From a virus: a DNA stretch of 37,907 nt. The notes below the pieces were generated by a model, which searched no databases, was not told the DNA's origin, and worked only from the letters and a program-made list of their open reading frames with translations. Positions 28,861 through 37,907 of this stretch are shown piece after piece. The stretch is taken from UHGV virus genome UHGV-1993895, one strand, 5' to 3'. Numbering within the stretch: the stretch's first letter is position 1; each line of letters opens with the position of its first letter. The position numbers and the translations under genes are program-made.

Positions 28861-28902
28861 TTTCCCGTTAAAAATCAAAGACAAACTAAATTCACGCCCA
28901 TA

Positions 28903-28957
28903 GAATTAAGTTTTCTTCAAAAATGCACTTGACCAATAAATTAAGAAGTCTTAAATT
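28903..28957 (+). promoter_or_regulatory. PL promoter with OL operator sites
   Basis: TTGACC-16 nt-TTAAAT overlapped by the operator-like dyad AATTAAGAAGTCTTAAATT, with a second half-site-containing sequence upstream. Confidence 0.5.
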
Positions 28958-29002
28958 CAAGCCATCAGCAGGACGCTGGAAGCCAAACGGAACAGATTGG
29001 CA

Positions 29003-29043
29003 GGCTCTTTAACATCGACGGACTCTCAACCTAACCGTTGAGA
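29003..29043 (+). promoter_or_regulatory. nutL-like site (boxA + boxB hairpin)
   Basis: GGCTCTTTAACA (boxA-like) followed by hairpin TCTCAAC-CTAACC-GTTGAGA, between PL and the N gene. Confidence 0.45.
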
Positions 29044-29153
29044 CCAGAACTTGAGTGGTTTTGGGGATGGCGCGAATTGCAGCTGCAAGACAGCGATCGA
29101 GAAGATAAGCACCTCGACGCGTCATGCGCCAAAGCCACTTAAAGGAGATCATC

Positions 29154-29459
29154 ATGGTAACCATTGTCTGGAAAGAATCCAAAGGTACGGCAAAAAGCCG
29201 CTACAAAGCTCGCAGAGCAGAACTTATTGCCGAGCGACGCAGTAATGAAGCACTGGCGCGAAAAATTGCGCTAAAGCTCTCTGGTTGCGTCAAAGCAGAC
29301 AAAGCAGCATCACTAGGAATCCTTTGCTGCAAGAAGAAAGAAGAAGTCGTTCGAAAAAATAGAAGTATTTATTACAAAGATTCAAACCCATTAGGAAACA
29401 AAATACATGCAGTCCAAAAAATAAAATTGTACAGTAAACTACCGTACGGTGCTTATTGA
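29154..29459 (+). CDS. N: N antiterminator, phage-21-type arginine-rich motif
   Basis: Start at ATG 7 nt after AAGGAG; N-terminal ARM GTAKSRYKARRAELIAERR; first gene downstream of PL/nutL. Confidence 0.65.
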   Translation: MVTIVWKESKGTAKSRYKARRAELIAERRSNEALARKIALKLSGCVKADKAASLGILCCKKKEEVVRKNRSIYYKDSNPLGNKIHAVQKIKLYSKLPYGAY

Positions 29460-29800
29460 GTATGCTTATGGTGAAAAAGACTATTTATGTTAATCCTGAC
29501 CGCGGACAAAACAGAAAAGTATCTGATAGAGGTCTTACATCTCGAGACAGGAGGAGAATAGCGAGATGGGAAAAGAGGATAGCATATGCATTAAAAAACG
29601 GTGTAACACCTGGATTTAATGCTATAGATGACGGTCCTGAATATAAGATTAATGAAGACCCAATGGATAAAGTTGACAAAGCATTAGCAACACCATTTCC
29701 TCGCGATGTCGAAAAAATTGAAGATGAAAAATATGAGGATGTAATGCACAGAGTTGTTAATCACGCTCACCAACGAAATCCAAATAAAAAATGGTCATAG
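29456..29800 (+). CDS. Hypothetical 114-aa protein
   Basis: ORF overlapping the N stop; followed by a terminator. Confidence 0.45.
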   Translation: MSMLMVKKTIYVNPDRGQNRKVSDRGLTSRDRRRIARWEKRIAYALKNGVTPGFNAIDDGPEYKINEDPMDKVDKALATPFPRDVEKIEDEKYEDVMHRVVNHAHQRNPNKKWS

Positions 29801-29822
29801 CCCACTTCGGTGGGTTTTTTAT
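29801..29822 (+). terminator. Rho-independent terminator (tL1-like)
   Basis: CCCACTTCGGTGGG hairpin followed by TTTTTTAT. Confidence 0.55.
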
Positions 29823-30044
29823 TGTCTGAACAAATCTAATTTACTACCGCAAGCCACGCAGTGAAATGGGTGTGACTTGTGTTGGTCGCCAGAAAATGAA
29901 ATTAGGCAGCAAACCACTTATTTGAGGTGAGATATGGAAGAACAAGCAAACAAGATTCTCGTATAACTACTGCAAAAAGCCAGTAATGGAATAGACGCGG
30001 CTGTTTCATTCAGCCAGGCACAGATTCCTGATGTTGTTCATCAG

Positions 30045-30356
30045 TTGCTAATATGGAGTTTTGTCCATAGCGCACTTTTCCAAGTGGCTGGGTTGTTGCT
30101 TTTAATTGCAGCAATGAAACTTCCTGGTTTTGCAAGAACGGCAAGAAATAATGGCGAGAGATGGACGTCTTTAGATGGATGTCCAAATGATAGATATTTT
30201 ATATCTTCGTTTTATTACGATATATGCACCGTATTTGCTCCTATATATTGCTCAATTATTGGCGTTTTAATTATCGCCTTCAATTTCGAATGGTTGAAGA
30301 TTTGGCTTGCACCTAAGTTATTCCTAATTGAATATGCAGCATCATTGGTTAAGTAA
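30045..30356 (+). CDS. Hypothetical small membrane protein (2 predicted TM segments)
   Basis: TTG start; hydrophobic stretches LFQVAGLLLLIAAM and IYCSIIGVLIIAF; followed by a hairpin and T-run. Confidence 0.45.
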   Translation: MLIWSFVHSALFQVAGLLLLIAAMKLPGFARTARNNGERWTSLDGCPNDRYFISSFYYDICTVFAPIYCSIIGVLIIAFNFEWLKIWLAPKLFLIEYAASLVK

Positions 30357-30360
30357 TTTC

Positions 30361-30386
30361 AGGCCGCATAGTCGGCCTTTATTTTT
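30361..30386 (+). terminator. Putative terminator
   Basis: GGCCGCATAGTCGGCC hairpin followed by TTTATTTTT. Confidence 0.45.
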
Positions 30387-30595
30387 GGCATAAACAACAG
30401 AATAAACACTGCACTGTGTATTCATTCCAACGAGTGAATACACGGAGCAATGTCGCTCGTAACTAAACAGGAGCCGACTTGTTCTGATTATTGGAAATCT
30501 TCTTTGCCCTCCAGTGTGAGGGCCTTTTTATATGCATACCAATAACGCTTCACTCGAGGCGTTTTCGTTATGCAATCAAACAGAAGGAGCATCCT

Positions 30596-30766
30596 ATGCA
30601 ACAGTTCGCTATTGCAGGGGCGGCATCGGTTCGCCCTTTCAACCCGATTTTATCGGTGCAGCATTCACGAAAGAATATTTTAACCGGAGCAGACTTTAAA
30701 CAACCAAGAATGAAAAGTTTGCTCGAAAAGCTTTGGGATATTTTGAAACAACAAGGCCGCCCATGA
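30596..30766 (+). CDS. Hypothetical 56-aa protein
   Basis: Internal ATG 6 nt after AAGGAG within ORF 30491..30766. Confidence 0.4.
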   Translation: MQQFAIAGAASVRPFNPILSVQHSRKNILTGADFKQPRMKSLLEKLWDILKQQGRP

Positions 30767-30847
30767 GTTTTACAGATAACTGGTCAGACGAAGAGTTCAT
30801 TCGTCAGATGAACAAAATGCTCAATCAGCACAAAGAACAGGAGAAAG

Positions 30848-31159
30848 ATGATGATTCTGACTCTGAATGATAAGCGTGAAATATCGCAAATAATCTCAAG
30901 TTTTACTGATGAAGATTACGAACGAATCAACAGTGAAGTTGATCGCCTCTGCAAACGTTGCGACCCAATAAGCGAAATGCTTCGCTCATATAAACCAGAT
31001 GAACACACTAAGGACGCTATCGACTGGCTGGAAGATGATGACTGTAACTATCAGGAAAAAGCCGCTGAATGGTTCTGGGATGCAATAACCGAAAGAGTTA
31101 AGGCTGAATATGCCTTCGCAATATTCAAACGCAGACACATTTTTGGAGAAGCAGCATGA
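30848..31159 (+). CDS. Hypothetical 103-aa acidic protein
   Basis: ORF with AGGAGA RBS; stop overlaps the recT start. Confidence 0.45.
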   Translation: MMILTLNDKREISQIISSFTDEDYERINSEVDRLCKRCDPISEMLRSYKPDEHTKDAIDWLEDDDCNYQEKAAEWFWDAITERVKAEYAFAIFKRRHIFGEAA

Positions 31160-32067
31160 GCAATATCGTTGAATTCGTTAAACAGCAAGAGCAGTTATTC
31201 TGCGGAGCATTGACTGAACAGACGGTGACATGGGCTAAGGAAAGCCAGTTTGCAATTCAGTATTTCCAGAAAAATGATTACCTGGCTAAAACGGCACTGG
31301 CAAATCCAACCAGCGCACAGAACGCCATCATCAATGTTGCGGCGATCGGCATCACCTTAAACCCGGCCAGCAAACTTGCTTATCTAGTTCCGCGCGACGG
31401 CATGGTTTGCCTTGATATCAGTTATATGGGATTGCTCCATATTGCAATGGAGTCTGGTGTTATCTCATGGGGTCAGGCAAAACTTGTTCATGCTAACGAT
31501 ACCTATGAGTCAAACGGGCTTGATAAAGCACCAACCCATAAATACAACGCCTTCGGTGATCGTGGTGATATCGTTGGCGTTTACTGCACAGTTAAGACGC
31601 CAGCAGGTGATTATCTAACGGAAGAGATGAGTCTGGCTGAAATTGAGGCTGTAAGGAAAACAAGCAAGGCAGCATTCAGCGATAAAGGACCATGGGTAAA
31701 TCACTGGAATGAGATGGCGCGAAAGACGGTCGTAAAGCGTGCAAGCAAGTATTGGCCTAAGGCATCACGTCTTGATAGTGCTATTCACGTACTAAACGAA
31801 GAAGAAGGTGTGTGGACTGAACCAGTTATGCCGCACAAATCAGAGGAAGATATCCGCGAAGATGAACGGAAATGCCAGCAGGAAATAATGGATAAAGCAC
31901 AACTTCTTTGCGATGAAATGGCTCAGGCAGAAAACATGGATGATTTGAAGCGATATTTTGCAGAAGCATATCGCCTGACATCTGGAATGAAATTGCAGCA
32001 GAACGTACAAGCCATTTACATAGAATGCAAAGCGAAACTGGAGGTTGCCAGTGAGCAAACTGTATGA
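31156..32067 (+). CDS. recT: RecT-family single-strand annealing protein
   Basis: KGPWVNHWNEMARKTVVKRASKYWP matches the conserved RecT motif; 303 aa. Confidence 0.8.
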   Translation: MSNIVEFVKQQEQLFCGALTEQTVTWAKESQFAIQYFQKNDYLAKTALANPTSAQNAIINVAAIGITLNPASKLAYLVPRDGMVCLDISYMGLLHIAMESGVISWGQAKLVHANDTYESNGLDKAPTHKYNAFGDRGDIVGVYCTVKTPAGDYLTEEMSLAEIEAVRKTSKAAFSDKGPWVNHWNEMARKTVVKRASKYWPKASRLDSAIHVLNEEEGVWTEPVMPHKSEEDIREDERKCQQEIMDKAQLLCDEMAQAENMDDLKRYFAEAYRLTSGMKLQQNVQAIYIECKAKLEVASEQTV

Positions 32068-32533
32068 AATAGCCAATGAATACGCAAAGCTGATGGATTC
32101 AGATTTAGAGCCAGAGATGATTGCTGACACAATAGAAGGCATGGAAGGAGAATTTACCGATAAAATAGAGCAACTTCTTGCCATTATTAAAAATGAATCT
32201 GGTTATGCTGAACGCCTCAAGGACGAGGCAAAGTCACTGAATGAACGAGCAGCAGTAATTCAAAATAAGATTGACAGCATTATGGCGTATATAGCGTCAT
32301 CGCTTGAAATGGTTGGTAAGAAAAAGATTCGAGCAGGTATTCACCAGGTAACAATCCGCAAACCGTCAGAAACTGTAGAAATCATCGACTCAAGCGCCCT
32401 TCCTCCTGAATACGTTGAGTTTGAAACGACAATTAAAGCCGACAAGTTGGCAATCAAGCACCAACTAAAAGCAGGAATAAATATCCCAGGCGCTCAACTC
32501 AAGGTTGGGAAACCTTCACTTCTTATCAAATAA
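32051..32533 (+). CDS. Gp157-like phage protein (commonly paired with RecT/Erf)
   Basis: GTG start 6 nt after GGAGG; overlaps the recT 3' end; about 160 aa. Confidence 0.45.
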   Translation: MSKLYEIANEYAKLMDSDLEPEMIADTIEGMEGEFTDKIEQLLAIIKNESGYAERLKDEAKSLNERAAVIQNKIDSIMAYIASSLEMVGKKKIRAGIHQVTIRKPSETVEIIDSSALPPEYVEFETTIKADKLAIKHQLKAGINIPGAQLKVGKPSLLIK

Positions 32534-32544
32534 CGGTATCGACT

Positions 32545-32859
32545 ATGAAAAAGACTCCATGGGAGAAATGGGAAGTCGATTTCTTGCGCGAAGTGGCGGC
32601 GACAATGCCAGTTGAAGTTATCGCTGAAAAACTGGAAAGGACTGAAAAAGCAGTAATGGCGAAAGCAACAAGGATTGGCGCTGACATTGTTAGCCGACTT
32701 CGTGGAAGACGATGGACAAGAGCCGAAGTATCACTTTTCGGTAAGTTCTCCGCAGAAGAAATAGCAATTGCAACCTGCCGCTCAATTTATTCAGTAAGAG
32801 CTATGCGATACAAGCTAAAAAAACTCGATGAAGAAAGAGCGGGCATACGAATAAATTAA
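32545..32859 (+). CDS. Hypothetical 104-aa protein
   Basis: ORF in the early-left operon. Confidence 0.45.
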   Translation: MKKTPWEKWEVDFLREVAATMPVEVIAEKLERTEKAVMAKATRIGADIVSRLRGRRWTRAEVSLFGKFSAEEIAIATCRSIYSVRAMRYKLKKLDEERAGIRIN

Positions 32860-33036
32860 CAAAGAGGAATTTACCATGAGAGGGCTTGCATACAATCCCG
32901 GCATTCTTCCGGCAGAAATGATTATTCGCCAACGCGTAAAGCCAATGCCATCGAGAGAGGAATTGCTTAAGAGAAATTCTTTTCCATCAGTGAATCAAAA
33001 CAAATATCTGAATGCAATGTGGCGGAGTGGGAAGAA

Positions 33037-33498
33037 ATGAAACAAATGTCACTAATTGAGATGGATGGTTTTCTGAAAGGTAAATGCATCCCACGAGATT
33101 TAAAGGTTAACGAAACAAACGCTGAATATCTTGTCCGTAAGTTCGGTGAACTTGAATCAAAACTGGAAACTGCGTTGCGGGAGTGTCGTTCTGCTGGAAT
33201 CACGATTGATAACCTTGAGGCCAAGTGCGCGGCGCTGGCAGCGGAGAGTTCGGGGATGAAGAAGTTCTGCAAAGACGCTGCATTCGATGCCGATTACGAA
33301 GCAGAGCTAGGTATGGAGCGTGGTGGATTCAGTGATGCGCTTAACGAAATCAAAACCCCAGCCACCGATGCTTTTCTGGCTGAAGTACGGGCGCAGGGCG
33401 TGGAGATGATGCGCGAACATCCATCAATCAAACTTTGCTCTTTGACGCACATATGTGACGAGTTAGCCGCCCAGATTCGCAAAGGAGTTCAGTCATGA
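33037..33498 (+). CDS. Hypothetical protein
   Basis: Internal ATG (MKQMSL) within ORF 33019..33498, overlapping an upstream 53-aa ORF (32877-33038) in ATGA fashion. Confidence 0.4.
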   Translation: MKQMSLIEMDGFLKGKCIPRDLKVNETNAEYLVRKFGELESKLETALRECRSAGITIDNLEAKCAALAAESSGMKKFCKDAAFDADYEAELGMERGGFSDALNEIKTPATDAFLAEVRAQGVEMMREHPSIKLCSLTHICDELAAQIRKGVQS

Positions 33499-33728
33499 GC
33501 ATCCGAACTGAACATGGATTTGGTCCTTCAACAGTCGAAGTCGAATGGCTTGATGATTGCCCTAAGTGCCAGCACGGCAAAGCCAAGGTAACAGGATGGT
33601 CGGTAACCAAAGATTCTTTGTGGGCGGGTGATGAGGCCGTCTGTTCCAAATGCGGTCACAAAGGTGAAATCGATGCTGATGGAGAGAATGCCTGGGTGGA
33701 ATGGGACGAAATCGAGGAGGCACAATGA
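33495..33728 (+). CDS. Small zinc-ribbon-like protein
   Basis: 77 aa with CPKC ... CSKC pairs. Confidence 0.45.
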   Translation: MSIRTEHGFGPSTVEVEWLDDCPKCQHGKAKVTGWSVTKDSLWAGDEAVCSKCGHKGEIDADGENAWVEWDEIEEAQ

Positions 33729-34261
33729 GCAAAATTGACTATCAGGCACTGCGTGAGGCGGCAGTGAAAGCAACGTGGGGAGACTGGGACTCATATAAAC
33801 CACACCGTGGCGCACGTGGTTATGAGGTCCGACTAAGTAGTCAGGCCATTGCGCAACACGTTCTGAAAAACAACGCTGAGTTTATTGCTGCCTTTAATCC
33901 AAAGGTTGCTTTGGCACTACTGGATGAGATCAACGCATTAGAGGAAACGCGTATCAACGATGTTTGCCGTATTGCGGAACTAACAAAACAACTGGAGTCG
34001 GCAAAATCAAAACTCAACGAACAGCGTGAATATTACAAAGGTGTTATCTCGGATGGGAGTAAGCGCATAGCAGAGTTAGAAAGTGATTCTCAGGCACAAA
34101 AGTTAGTTGAAGCAATCATTGTTGCGATAGAAAACGAACAGGAACGTCTTTTTGATGAAGATTACCTAATGGATTCGAAAGAATGCATTGACGTAATTCG
34201 TGAAGAAGTAAAGCGATGGAATGATTCCCGCGCCGCTGGCATTCGCATCAAAGGAGAGTGA
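33725..34261 (+). CDS. Ead/Ea22-like protein
   Basis: Start at MSKIDYQALREAAVKATWGDW after GAGGAGG RBS; coiled-coil central region. Confidence 0.5.
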   Translation: MSKIDYQALREAAVKATWGDWDSYKPHRGARGYEVRLSSQAIAQHVLKNNAEFIAAFNPKVALALLDEINALEETRINDVCRIAELTKQLESAKSKLNEQREYYKGVISDGSKRIAELESDSQAQKLVEAIIVAIENEQERLFDEDYLMDSKECIDVIREEVKRWNDSRAAGIRIKGE

Positions 34262-34262
34262 T

Positions 34263-34550
34263 ATGGCAACTTTGCAGGAATTAATCGACCTGACGCCAGA
34301 ACAGGAAAAAGCGTGGAATCGCCTTGTGAAGGCTGTAAAGGATTTCAGGGCAGCCGGAGGAAAGTTTTATAGCGTCCTGGACACGCTGAGCGCATACAAC
34401 GGCGAGCACGTTGCCAGCATTGATAACGATAAGGGCTACCACACTGCAAGCGTCTATATGCCTAGCATTGATGCGCCAGGGCTAACCAGTTGGGCTGATG
34501 ATTGGCACGGCATCACGCTGAAAGATGGCGTTGAAGTGGATGAGGACTAA
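34263..34550 (+). CDS. Hypothetical 95-aa protein
   Basis: ATG after AAAGGAGAG RBS within ORF 34221..34550. Confidence 0.4.
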   Translation: MATLQELIDLTPEQEKAWNRLVKAVKDFRAAGGKFYSVLDTLSAYNGEHVASIDNDKGYHTASVYMPSIDAPGLTSWADDWHGITLKDGVEVDED

Positions 34551-34553
34551 CAC

Positions 34554-35078
34554 ATGACTACTTTTACCGACAAAGAACTGATTAAAGAAATCAGAGAGCG
34601 AATCGGCAGCCTGGACGTGCGAGACAATATTGAGCGCCTGGCTTATGAAATCGCGCTGGCATCACTGGAAGCAGTATCGGATGAACGGGCAGCCTATGAA
34701 TTATTTATGGAGAAGCGTTTCGGGGAATCTGTAGATCGCCGCAGGGCAAAAAATGGCGATGGCGAATACATGGCATGGGATATGGCGATTGGCTGGATTA
34801 TCTGGTGTCACCGCGCCGCCATGCCTCAGGCCGGAAACTTTCGGGAAATCTCGGAAACGTCAACCAGATCTCCGGTAACTCCGGATGGTTGGATAAGCTG
34901 TAGTGAGCGAATGCCCCCTCAAGATGATTGGATTTTAATTTATTCAAAGCACGGCGAGTATATGGCAGGACAGGTACAAGGGGAATACGTGGAGTTGAGC
35001 GACGGCACTTTATCGTGGTTAGGGAACGCCTTGTTCTGGATGCCGCTACCAGAACCGCCGCAGCATGATGGTGAATGA
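34554..35078 (+). CDS. DUF551-like phage protein
   Basis: C-terminal PPQDDWILIY ... LSWLGNALFWMPLPEPP resembles DUF551. Confidence 0.5.
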   Translation: MTTFTDKELIKEIRERIGSLDVRDNIERLAYEIALASLEAVSDERAAYELFMEKRFGESVDRRRAKNGDGEYMAWDMAIGWIIWCHRAAMPQAGNFREISETSTRSPVTPDGWISCSERMPPQDDWILIYSKHGEYMAGQVQGEYVELSDGTLSWLGNALFWMPLPEPPQHDGE

Positions 35079-35265
35079 TGCCGCCAGTTAAAGTTGTGAT
35101 TATCACTTTGGTGATGATAGTGATTGCGAGAATCATGTCTGGTGAAATTGGGTGGATATGGTAATGGCTAAGGCAGCAGCAGAGCGCAACTAACAATCCT
35201 CGCATTCGCGGGGATTTCTTTTATCTGAACTCGCTACGGCGGGTTTTGTTTTATGGAGATGATAA

Positions 35266-35433
35266 ATGCACTTCCGAGTAACAGGTGAATGGAATGGAGA
35301 GCCATTCAACAGGGTTATCGAAGCGGAGAACATCAACGACTGCTATGACCACTGGATGCTGTGGGCGCAGATAGCGCATGCAGACGTAACCAATATTCGA
35401 ATTGAAGAACTGAAAGAACACCAAGCCGCCTGA
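35266..35433 (+). CDS. Hypothetical 55-aa protein (below ORF-track cutoff)
   Basis: ATG after GGAGA RBS; stop embedded in a terminator hairpin. Confidence 0.35.
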   Translation: MHFRVTGEWNGEPFNRVIEAENINDCYDHWMLWAQIAHADVTNIRIEELKEHQAA

Positions 35434-35448
35434 TGGCGGTTTTTTTAT
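35425..35448 (+). terminator. Rho-independent terminator
   Basis: CCGCCTGATGGCGG hairpin followed by TTTTTTTATT. Confidence 0.55.
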
Positions 35449-35460
35449 TGGAGACAAGAA

Positions 35461-35805
35461 ATGTCAGATTTGGCTATGAAGGTTTTGAAATGGCAATCGA
35501 CTGGCGATGTCGGCATCAGTAGCGCAACTCTTGCCTCAATCGCATGTGGACTGAAAAAGAATATCTATGGTCATAGCTTCGGTGCTCCACATGACGCAGC
35601 CGATTTCCGGCGATGCGTTGCACTTGTTGAGCAGATTCCAGAAATCAGAGATTCATTCGACAAGGTTGCAAAGCGCGTTCCGGCATTCAAAGGCATCCTC
35701 AACGAATGGGATTCTCTCGTTGCTCTGTTGAAGTCTGAAATGAAGATACACGGAAACAAAGCACCAGAGACTTACAGAAGAATCAGCGAGCTACGCAAGG
35801 ACTAA
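35461..35805 (+). CDS. Hypothetical 114-aa protein
   Basis: ORF directly after the terminator; no recognisable family. Confidence 0.45.
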   Translation: MSDLAMKVLKWQSTGDVGISSATLASIACGLKKNIYGHSFGAPHDAADFRRCVALVEQIPEIRDSFDKVAKRVPAFKGILNEWDSLVALLKSEMKIHGNKAPETYRRISELRKD

Positions 35806-35929
35806 CCACAGTCTCACACTCGATGAGGCCTGTTCATTTCTCAAGATATCCAGACCTACCATTGCTGCATCAATGCGGCTTTTTATTGCCTGATTTGCAG
35901 GTTCGATTCCATATTCGGAGATAGCACTC

Positions 35930-36130
35930 ATGCAACACGAACTACAACCTGATTCACTGGTTGATTTGAAATTCATCATGGCTGATACTGGCTTCGGTAA
36001 GACCTTCATCTATGACCGGATTAAGTCCGGCGACCTGCCAAAAGCCAAAGTTATCCACGGGCGAGCAAGATGGTTATATCGTGACCATTGTGAATTCAAA
36101 AATAAGCTCTTAAGCCGCGCCAATGGGTAA
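35930..36130 (+). CDS. xis: AlpA/Xis-family excisionase-like DNA-binding protein
   Basis: 66 aa with FIMADTGFGKTFIYDRIKSGDLPKAKVIHGRARWLYRDHCEF, an AlpA-type winged helix; last phage-like gene before the host flank. Confidence 0.6.
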   Translation: MQHELQPDSLVDLKFIMADTGFGKTFIYDRIKSGDLPKAKVIHGRARWLYRDHCEFKNKLLSRANG

Positions 36131-36659
36131 AATAGCGGGTAAAATATTTTTCACATCTAAAAAAAACCATTCCAATCAATCCCCTGCCGCGCCAAGTAGA
36201 TGTCTGCAGGGGACACCAGATACCCTTCAAACGAAATCTACCTTCACCCCGTAAAAGATGGGTTTGGCAGCACACTTGCCTTATATCTACTCATTTTTAC
36301 TGCAACAGGTTGAAATCTCAGCACTGTCAGAAAGCGCTGATGACTAAACAGCCCTGGGCCGGGCGATGTAACCATCACACAGAATCCTGATAGCGAAATA
36401 TGGCGTGACTCGATACTTCACTCCGCAATGCATTCCTTGATGAATTCGCAGGACCGTGATACACGGGACAGGTCACTGAATGACGACAATGTCCTGGAAA
36501 TCAGCGAACCGCGCATCTGAAGTACATTTGAGCGACTGTACCAGAACATGAATGAGGCGTTTGGATTAGGCGATTATTAGCAGGGCTAAGCATTTTACTA
36601 TTATTATTTTCCGGTTGAGGGATATAGAGCTATCGACAACAACCGGAAAAAGTTTACGT

Positions 36660-37907
36660 CTATATTGCTGAAGGTACAGGCGTTTCCATAACTATTTGCT
36701 CGCGTTTTTTACTCAAGAAGAAAATGCCAAATAGCAACATCAGGCAGACAATACCCGAAATTGCGAAGAAAACTGTCTGGTAGCCTGCGTGGTCAAAGAG
36801 TATCCCAGTCGGCGTTGAAAGCAGCACAATCCCAAGCGAACTGGCAATTTGAAAACCAATCAGAAAGATCGTCGACGACAGGCGCTTATCAAAGTTTGCC
36901 ACGCTGTATTTGAAGACGGATATGACACAAAGTGGAACCTCAATGGCATGTAACAACTTCACTAATGAAATAATCCAGGGGTTAACGAACAGCGCGCAGG
37001 AAAGGATACGCAACGCCATAATCACAACTCCGATAAGTAATGCATTTTTTGGCCCTACCCGATTCACAAAGAAAGGAATAATCGCCATGCACAGCGCTTC
37101 GAGTACCACCTGGAATGAGTTGAGATAACCATACAGGCGCGTTCCTACATCGTGTGATTCGAATAAACCTGCATAAAAGACAGGAAAAAGTTGTTGATCA
37201 AAAATGTTATAGAAAGACCACGTCCCCACAATAAATATGACGAAAACCCAGAAGTTTCGATCCTTGAAAACTGCGATAAAATCCTCTTTTTTTACCCCTC
37301 CCGCATCTGCCGCTACGCACTGGTGATCCTTATCTTTAAAACGCATGTTGATCATCATAAATACAGCGCCAAATAGCGAGACCAACCAGAAGTTGATATG
37401 GGGACTGATACTAAAAAATATGCCGGCAAAGAACGCGCCAATAGCATAGCCAAAAGATCCCCAGGCGCGCGCTGTTCCATATTCGAAATGAAAATTTCGC
37501 GCCATTTTTTCGGTGAAGCTATCAAGCAAACCGCATCCCGCCAGATACCCCAAGCCAAAAAATAGCGCCCCCAGAATTAGACCTACAGAAAAATTGCTTT
37601 GCAGTAACGGTTCATAAACGTAAATCATAAACGGTCCGGTCAAGACCAGGATGAAACTCATACACCAGATGAGCGGTTTCTTCAGACCGAGTTTATCCTG
37701 AACGATGCCGTAGAACATCATAAATAGAATGCTGGTAAACTGGTTGACCGAATAAAGTGTACCTAATTCCGTCCCTGTCAACCCTAGATGTCCTTTCAGC
37801 CAAATAGCGTATAACGACCACCACAGCGACCAGGAAATAAAAAAGAGAAATGAGTAACTGGATGCAAAACGATAGTACGCATTTCTGAATGGAATATTCA
37901 GTGCCAT
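36660..37907 (-). CDS. MFS transporter, LacY/oligosaccharide:H+ symporter-like (host gene)
   Basis: 415 aa, about 12 TM segments; motifs shared with LacY (FHFEYGTARAWG, FDQQLFPVF); start codon is the last three bases of the window, so the true start may lie beyond. Confidence 0.8.
   Translation of the reverse strand: MALNIPFRNAYYRFASSYSFLFFISWSLWWSLYAIWLKGHLGLTGTELGTLYSVNQFTSILFMMFYGIVQDKLGLKKPLIWCMSFILVLTGPFMIYVYEPLLQSNFSVGLILGALFFGLGYLAGCGLLDSFTEKMARNFHFEYGTARAWGSFGYAIGAFFAGIFFSISPHINFWLVSLFGAVFMMINMRFKDKDHQCVAADAGGVKKEDFIAVFKDRNFWVFVIFIVGTWSFYNIFDQQLFPVFYAGLFESHDVGTRLYGYLNSFQVVLEALCMAIIPFFVNRVGPKNALLIGVVIMALRILSCALFVNPWIISLVKLLHAIEVPLCVISVFKYSVANFDKRLSSTIFLIGFQIASSLGIVLLSTPTGILFDHAGYQTVFFAISGIVCLMLLFGIFFLSKKREQIVMETPVPSAI

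Noticed and set aside
29051-29245. 64-aa ORF overlapping nutL and the N start
   Set aside because: Overlaps the N gene in another frame and the nut site; N has a clear RBS and a recognisable arginine-rich motif.
31840-32184. 114-aa minus-strand ORF inside recT
   Set aside because: Antisense to a gene with a conserved RecT motif; hydrophobic low-complexity translation.
35251-35457. 68-aa minus-strand ORF
   Set aside because: The plus strand here carries a short ORF with an RBS and a terminator, consistent with the direction of the whole PL operon; the minus-strand ORF would read through that terminator.
36131-36660. Possible integrase remnant or tRNA attachment site in the phage-host junction
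   Set aside because: No tRNA-like T-arm or acceptor motifs and no integrase-like translated segments recognised by eye; a similarity search is needed before calling anything here.

Overview
Nearly the whole window is a P22-like lambdoid prophage in inverted orientation. It runs from the 5' end of the tailspike gene at the left edge to an AlpA/Xis-like gene ending at 36130, followed by about 0.5 kb of non-coding DNA and a host LacY-family MFS transporter gene at the right edge. Module order, left to right: immI (ant, a small extra ORF, arc, Mnt and Arc operators, mnt); a 1.8-kb plus-strand accessory cassette in the position where P22 carries sieA; ejection proteins, tail needle and tail hub; an HNH homing endonuclease inserted at the gene 4/gene 10 junction; head completion, coat, scaffold, portal and terminase; Rha; a lysis cassette (holin, SAR endolysin broken by a 10-N gap, Rz/Rz1); two tRNA genes; a lambda-type tR'/PR'/Q module; a nin region with a second HNH-AP2 endonuclease; a DnaB-type helicase and an O-like initiator containing iterons; CII-like, Cro, OR and C2 repressor; PL/nutL with a phage-21-type N; and an early-left operon with RecT and many small unknown genes. 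No integrase gene is present. The strongest candidate for an undescribed system is the cassette at 1947-3755: an unknown 239-aa protein translationally overlapping a PIN-domain nuclease, plus a third unknown gene, AT-rich and co-directional with mnt. CDS coordinates follow the ORF track, with starts moved where an RBS or homology supports an internal start. RNA and regulatory coordinates were read by eye and may be off by 1-2 nt. All family assignments rest on recognisable motifs and remembered homologues, not on a database search.
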